Of a DNA stretch of 20,000 bases, positions 16,204 to 20,000 are shown piece by piece (positions within the stretch are counted from its first letter, which is position 1; each line of letters begins with the position of its first letter). This DNA is from an uncultured virus (IMG/VR IMGVR_UViG_3300007169_000009) (lineage: Duplodnaviria; Heunggongvirae; Uroviricota; Caudoviricetes), in IMG/VR virus record IMGVR_UViG_3300007169_000009, one strand, 5' to 3'. A program made the position numbers and the translations under genes. The notes beneath the pieces were generated by a model, which saw nothing but the letters and a program-made list of their open reading frames with translations, was not told where the DNA came from and did not search any database.

Positions 16204-16569
16204 ATGACTACCACGCTGGAAACTTCAACTTACGCGCTCCCTATCACAAGGGAGCAGTTTCAACAGTTCTTCGGCTGCGAGCCGCAGGATGTACGGGCAG
16301 AGCTTAAAGCCTGCGGGCCGTGGCACATACCTCACACCCTGAAGGCTCCGGCCATCAGGCGACACTGGGAGGGTGAAGGCTCTTTGAGACACGTTGCGGC
16401 AATGACCTTCTACGGAAGGCGCAGTCTTTACAAGTTGAGCCAGGACGGTTACTGGCTGGAAGGCCGGTGCAAGATTGAGGGAAAAGAGGTGTCTGCTTAC
16501 ACCTCTGACATCATGGTAGAGGTTGAGGGAAGCCTCTACACGGTCGAAGTTATCAGCGTGAGGTCTTGA
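16204..16569 (+). CDS. hypothetical protein, 121 aa
   Basis: ORF track. Confidence 0.75.
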   Translation: MTTTLETSTYALPITREQFQQFFGCEPQDVRAELKACGPWHIPHTLKAPAIRRHWEGEGSLRHVAAMTFYGRRSLYKLSQDGYWLEGRCKIEGKEVSAYTSDIMVEVEGSLYTVEVISVRS

Positions 16570-16570
16570 A

Positions 16571-16774
16571 GTGAAGTTTGAAGATTTCAGCTCCCTGCCT
16601 TCTTTCAGGCAGGTGAGGTTTGCAGGCCAAAGGGTGACCGTCGAGAGGACGGCAGCGAGCCCAACGGGGTTTGTTGTTACAGGCTGGGAGCAAGGGCTTC
16701 CGGTTGCAAGGAGGCCCGTTCCAGCTTCAGTTGTCAGAAAGATGCTGAGGCTTTATCCTCACACCTTGAACTAA
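16571..16774 (+). CDS. hypothetical protein, 67 aa
   Basis: GTG start 1 nt after upstream stop; TAATG coupling. Confidence 0.65.
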   Translation: MKFEDFSSLPSFRQVRFAGQRVTVERTAASPTGFVVTGWEQGLPVARRPVPASVVRKMLRLYPHTLN

Positions 16775-17097
16775 TGGAGTCTCCTCCTCTTTCCAAGGTC
16801 CTTGCTGAAAGCGAAGACTCAAAGCTTCTAGCTTCAAAGCTGAAGTTTTTTCCTCACGTTGCAGTGTCAACTGCAACGCTTGCAGGTCACTCTTCACTCT
16901 ATGTAAGAGTGAGCCTTGATCATAGAGATCAGTGGGTAAATGGTATCTACTTTAATAGTAGGTATTCGATCTTTACCATCAGGGATGGAAAGATTGAACA
17001 GGTAGCGAGGTACGGCCTCGCAAAGTTCCGCAAGTCAAAGATTAAAAGCCTTGACGATGTGGCTTCCAAGTTAAAGAAATGGTTTGACGGTCATTGA
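16774..17097 (+). CDS. hypothetical protein, 107 aa (SLD....W.NGI..NSRY motif)
   Basis: TAATG coupling. Confidence 0.75.
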   Translation: MESPPLSKVLAESEDSKLLASKLKFFPHVAVSTATLAGHSSLYVRVSLDHRDQWVNGIYFNSRYSIFTIRDGKIEQVARYGLAKFRKSKIKSLDDVASKLKKWFDGH

Positions 17098-17099
17098 AG

Positions 17100-17435
17100 A
17101 TGGATTTCAAAGAGTTCATTGATTGGTGTCTGGATCTTATGACAGCAATCGTGCTGGACATAGGTGACATCTTGATTGAGTCGATTGATCCCTATTGCAG
17201 GTTTTCTCCTGCGTGGTGGGTTGCATCTTGCGTCGGAGGATGGGAGATTGCAACATGCGAGTTCTTCAGGTTCAAGGCTGCGGCCTGGTATCAAAGTATG
17301 AGGAAGTTCAAAGGTAAGAGGTACTACCGTAGGCGCAAGATTGCGTGGATGACTTATTGCTTCTTCTTTGATAAGGAGCAAGAGTTTGCAGAGAGCTTTG
17401 CTGAACTTGGCTGGGTACGCCAGGATCTCGAATAG
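17100..17435 (+). CDS. hypothetical protein, 111 aa
   Basis: ATG 2 nt after upstream stop. Confidence 0.65.
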   Translation: MDFKEFIDWCLDLMTAIVLDIGDILIESIDPYCRFSPAWWVASCVGGWEIATCEFFRFKAAAWYQSMRKFKGKRYYRRRKIAWMTYCFFFDKEQEFAESFAELGWVRQDLE

Positions 17436-17438
17436 TAC

Positions 17439-17480
17439 ACCTTCAACCTTCAGTCTTCAATCTTCAACCTTCAACCTTCA
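17439..17480 (+). repeat. 6 x 7-bp tandem repeat (ACCTTCA/GTCTTCA/ATCTTCA)
   Basis: Read directly; fills the leader of the 17488 gene. Confidence 0.85.
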
Positions 17481-17487
17481 ATTAACA

Positions 17488-17820
17488 ATGATCAAGATTT
17501 TCGGCAAGAAGTTCGCGGGTTCCAACAGGGAAGCTGTTTCGTCGTTGTTCCAGGAGGATGGAACGGTCATTGGATTTTACAGGAGGCACAAGAGGAGTAT
17601 CAGGTTCTTTGATCTGAACCTAAATCCTATTGCCTTTTGTAACCAGCATGGGGTGGTGGGCAATGCTTACAGGTTAAAGCCTGATGGTGAAACTTATTAC
17701 CAGGGAGGTCTCCCAGAAAATCATGTACTTTACTCTAAGGAGATTGGATTGAGGGCGATGATCGAGGAGGTCGAGGGTTTGGCCGTGGGACGTGACAGGA
17801 AGGGACTGTACTTTATGTGA
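17488..17820 (+). CDS. hypothetical protein, 110 aa
   Basis: ATG 17488. Confidence 0.75.
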   Translation: MIKIFGKKFAGSNREAVSSLFQEDGTVIGFYRRHKRSIRFFDLNLNPIAFCNQHGVVGNAYRLKPDGETYYQGGLPENHVLYSKEIGLRAMIEEVEGLAVGRDRKGLYFM

Positions 17821-17865
17821 ATAAAGTAGTTCAATCCTATTACCAATCTTATCACTTTAGAAGCC

Positions 17866-18054
17866 ATGGCTCAGTATTTTGAGATTGAAACTTACAGCAG
17901 GGACTTTGGATGGAGCACTAACCCAGATTTTCTGGGAAGGTTAAAGGATGTAGATGACAACTTATTTTCTTCAAGGGAGGAGGCTGATGAAGCAGTGAGA
18001 AGTCTTGTGGAAGCTGGTTTCCCTGAGGGCAGCTTAAGGGTTATTGAATGTTAA
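17866..18054 (+). CDS. hypothetical protein, 62 aa (F.SREEA.EA motif)
   Basis: ORF track. Confidence 0.75.
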   Translation: MAQYFEIETYSRDFGWSTNPDFLGRLKDVDDNLFSSREEADEAVRSLVEAGFPEGSLRVIEC

Positions 18055-18083
18055 ACGTTGAATAACTAAATAGTGTCTCTTGT

Positions 18084-18113
18084 AGGCTGGTGGTTACTCC
18101 ACTAGCCTTTTTT
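18084..18113 (+). terminator. intrinsic terminator closing the small-gene region
   Basis: AGGCTGGTGG-TTACT-CCACTAGCCT followed by a T run. Confidence 0.85.
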
Positions 18114-18157
18114 ATTGTTTGATGGAGGTTACAGGTTAGGGATTAAATGATAAAGGG

Positions 18158-18168
18158 TGTGCTAGTGT
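18158..18168 (+). promoter_or_regulatory. possible extended -10 promoter for the 18192 gene
   Basis: TGTGcTAGTGT, same TGTG-n-TAnnnT layout as cassettes 3 and 4. Confidence 0.4.
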
Positions 18169-18191
18169 GGGGACGAAGTTAATGTCTGTCG

Positions 18192-18977
18192 ATGATGGAT
18201 CGAACGAATTTTGATGATCTCCATGATGAAGGTAAAAGAATTGAAGATGAACTAAATGGTTTTGATTTTACTTTGAATGATGATGATGATAGTATTGATG
18301 ATCTTGATTCTTCTAGTTTGAACGAATACGGTGAAGTTGAAGATGATGAAATAGTAGATACTGATGATGTATCTATGGGAAATGTTGAAGAACAAAACCC
18401 TATTACTCACACTACCCAAAGTTCACCCTTCTCACTACAAACTCACACTACTAACCCTCTCCCTAAACTTAAGTCCTCGTGGCTTAAAAGATCGTATCTT
18501 GCTCCTAATGAAACTGATAAAGAGTTTGAACTCTTCAAAATCTTCTGCAGGAATCCAGGGGGGAGGTCAATGGATTATATCTCTAGGCTATCGCACATAC
18601 AACCATCCGCACTAAACAGGATTGCAAAGAAGAACAACTGGAAGCGTAGATCATCTGACTACGATACTGCAGAACTTGCAGCAAAAGTACAACAGGCTGA
18701 AAATTCAAGACACGATGAGCATGTTCGTAAGTTAGACAGGTATCGTGAGGAGCAAGAAGCTTTAGGTCAACAGATTACATCAAATGCTGCACGTATAGCG
18801 CTTCTTGCAAACTCTACACTTGCAAAACTTCTAGACCAAGAAGCTGTCTTGGGGATTAGGGATCTACCTGCAATGTTGAATGCAGCAGCCAAGTTAGCAG
18901 AGGTTGGGAAGAACCTTCAAAGCTCTGCACTTGGAGTTGACAACTTGCTTGCTGCTCTTGAAGAGGGTGAAGATTGA
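18192..18977 (+). CDS. putative terminase small subunit-like HTH protein with long acidic N-terminus
   Basis: ET.K.F..F..F.....RS...HTH...NW..R...YD followed by coiled coil, a pattern seen in putative phage TerS proteins. Confidence 0.6.
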   Translation: MMDRTNFDDLHDEGKRIEDELNGFDFTLNDDDDSIDDLDSSSLNEYGEVEDDEIVDTDDVSMGNVEEQNPITHTTQSSPFSLQTHTTNPLPKLKSSWLKRSYLAPNETDKEFELFKIFCRNPGGRSMDYISRLSHIQPSALNRIAKKNNWKRRSSDYDTAELAAKVQQAENSRHDEHVRKLDRYREEQEALGQQITSNAARIALLANSTLAKLLDQEAVLGIRDLPAMLNAAAKLAEVGKNLQSSALGVDNLLAALEEGED

Positions 18978-19168
18978 ACCCTCAGACATGGCTGTTCCCT
19001 CCCTGGTGGGGCTGTTCACAGGGGCCAACGGCCTCCCGGCGGGCCACTCCGTGGAGGTGACAGTGAAGGTGAATAGAGAGAACGTCAAAACAGCCCAGTC
19101 ATACCAAGGAGTTTCAAGGATGTAGGTTCGCAATCGAGTCTTGTCGATTTCAAAGGCTGCTGCGATGC

Positions 19169-19708
19169 GTGGTAGGGTTTACTGGGGTGGTACTTCCACC
19201 AAACACCTTGCTACGACTGGATTCTGTGGAAAAACCTGTGGAAAACGCCAATTTGGGGGTTTTTGAGCAAAGTTTGGATCCTTCATCTTTGATTTTCCAT
19301 GATGATGAAGAGAGCATGTACGCCTTTCTTTTTAAGAAAGGGATCGAAGCTGTGGTGTTTCAGGTTGCAACCAAAACGTTACAGCACAAGGATCTTACGA
19401 TTTTAATGATCTACATTATTCATGCAAGTTGGAGAAATGGACGTTGCAGATTGACCACCGCAAGGGTTGCAGAAATGATGGGACATAAAATAGAGACCAT
19501 CTATCCGTCAGTTAAAAGGCTGAAAAAAGCGCGCTTACTTGTTCCAATTAAAGATTCAAAGACTGGCGAAAAGCTTCATTTAATCAATCCTTTCTTGCTA
19601 AAGGCTGGATCTGGAAGGGTCAGAGGAGCAATGATTAAAGCATTCAATGATGCACTTCGGAACAATGGCAATCCAGTTTTGACCACAAATGAAGACTTTG
19701 ATGGCTGA
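19169..19708 (+). CDS. RepL-like winged-helix replication/maintenance protein; true start probably TTG 19274 or ATG 19316
   Basis: LTTARVAEMMGHKIETIYPSVKRLKKARLL (HTH) and LINPFLLKAG wing, resembling the RepL Y.INP....G motif. Confidence 0.65.
   Translation: MVGFTGVVLPPNTLLRLDSVEKPVENANLGVFEQSLDPSSLIFHDDEESMYAFLFKKGIEAVVFQVATKTLQHKDLTILMIYIIHASWRNGRCRLTTARVAEMMGHKIETIYPSVKRLKKARLLVPIKDSKTGEKLHLINPFLLKAGSGRVRGAMIKAFNDALRNNGNPVLTTNEDFDG
19225..19245 (-). promoter_or_regulatory. two tandem DnaA boxes (TTTTCCACA)
   Basis: TGTGGAAAA at 19225-19233 and 19237-19245. Confidence 0.65.
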
Positions 19709-19725
19709 GAGTCGCAGGCCGTGGC

Positions 19726-20000
19726 CATTCATCTTCCCTGGTGGACGCTGCAGTTTTGGCCATTCACCATGGGCCATTCACATTAAGCCATTCACTTTAT
19801 AGGTTGTAGTTTATGGGTTGTAGCTTGGAGACTGTGGGTTGCAAGTTGCGACATTCACATTCACGCATTCACATTGGGCCATTCACATTGAAGCATTCAC
19901 ATTGAAGGTTTTATGTTAAAGATTACAGGTTAAAGGCGAATGCAAAAGGCGGGATCATAGAGATTGCAGGTTGCAGGTTAAATGCAACAGGTTGCAGGCT
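19726..20000 (+). repeat. degenerate 7-bp-register tandem array (CATTCAC and nTTRMAG units), running off the window end
   Basis: CATTCAC at 19761, 19775, 19789, 19852, 19866, 19880, 19894, all in 7-bp phase and interleaved with GTTGTAG/ATTGAAG/GTTAAAG/ATTACAG/GTTGCAG. Confidence 0.85.

Noticed and set aside
18894..19133. Short ORFs on either strand between the TerS-like and RepL-like genes
   Set aside because: They overlap the upstream gene, lack clear start signals or motifs, and cannot be supported either way.
1..20000. tRNA/rRNA genes, integrase, transposase, HIP1 (GCGATCGC) enrichment
   Set aside because: No cloverleaf/T-loop signatures, recombinase motifs or HIP1 octamers were seen by eye.

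Overview
Tailed-phage DNA, most likely from a cyanophage. The evidence is tandem TTTTCCACA DnaA boxes of the cyanobacterial type, mostly SD-less starts with pyrimidine-rich leaders, and host sigma70-type promoters. About 50 short, tightly packed, often translationally coupled genes all lie on the + strand, as expected for an early/host-takeover region. Recognisable products are a T4 gp1-like dNMP kinase, a short C5-cytosine methyltransferase-like protein, a DnaJ-type zinc-finger protein, a DUF1419-like protein, a putative HTH small terminase and a RepL-like winged-helix protein. The most striking structure is non-coding. (1) Four homologous ~210-240 bp cassettes split the region into 3-4.5 kb units. 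The shared layout is heptamer run + GTTCACTATC, terminator-like hairpin, conserved upstream box, sigma70 promoter, 5' leader hairpin, heptamer run, ATG; the copy near 7.6 kb lacks the left part. (2) A strand-biased 7-bp motif (nTTRMAG, e.g. GTTACAG/GTTGCAG/GTTAAAG) flanks these cassettes and forms a long in-phase array at the window end. (3) A three-copy intergenic hairpin shows compensatory base changes. All family assignments come from motif recognition by eye; no database search was run.
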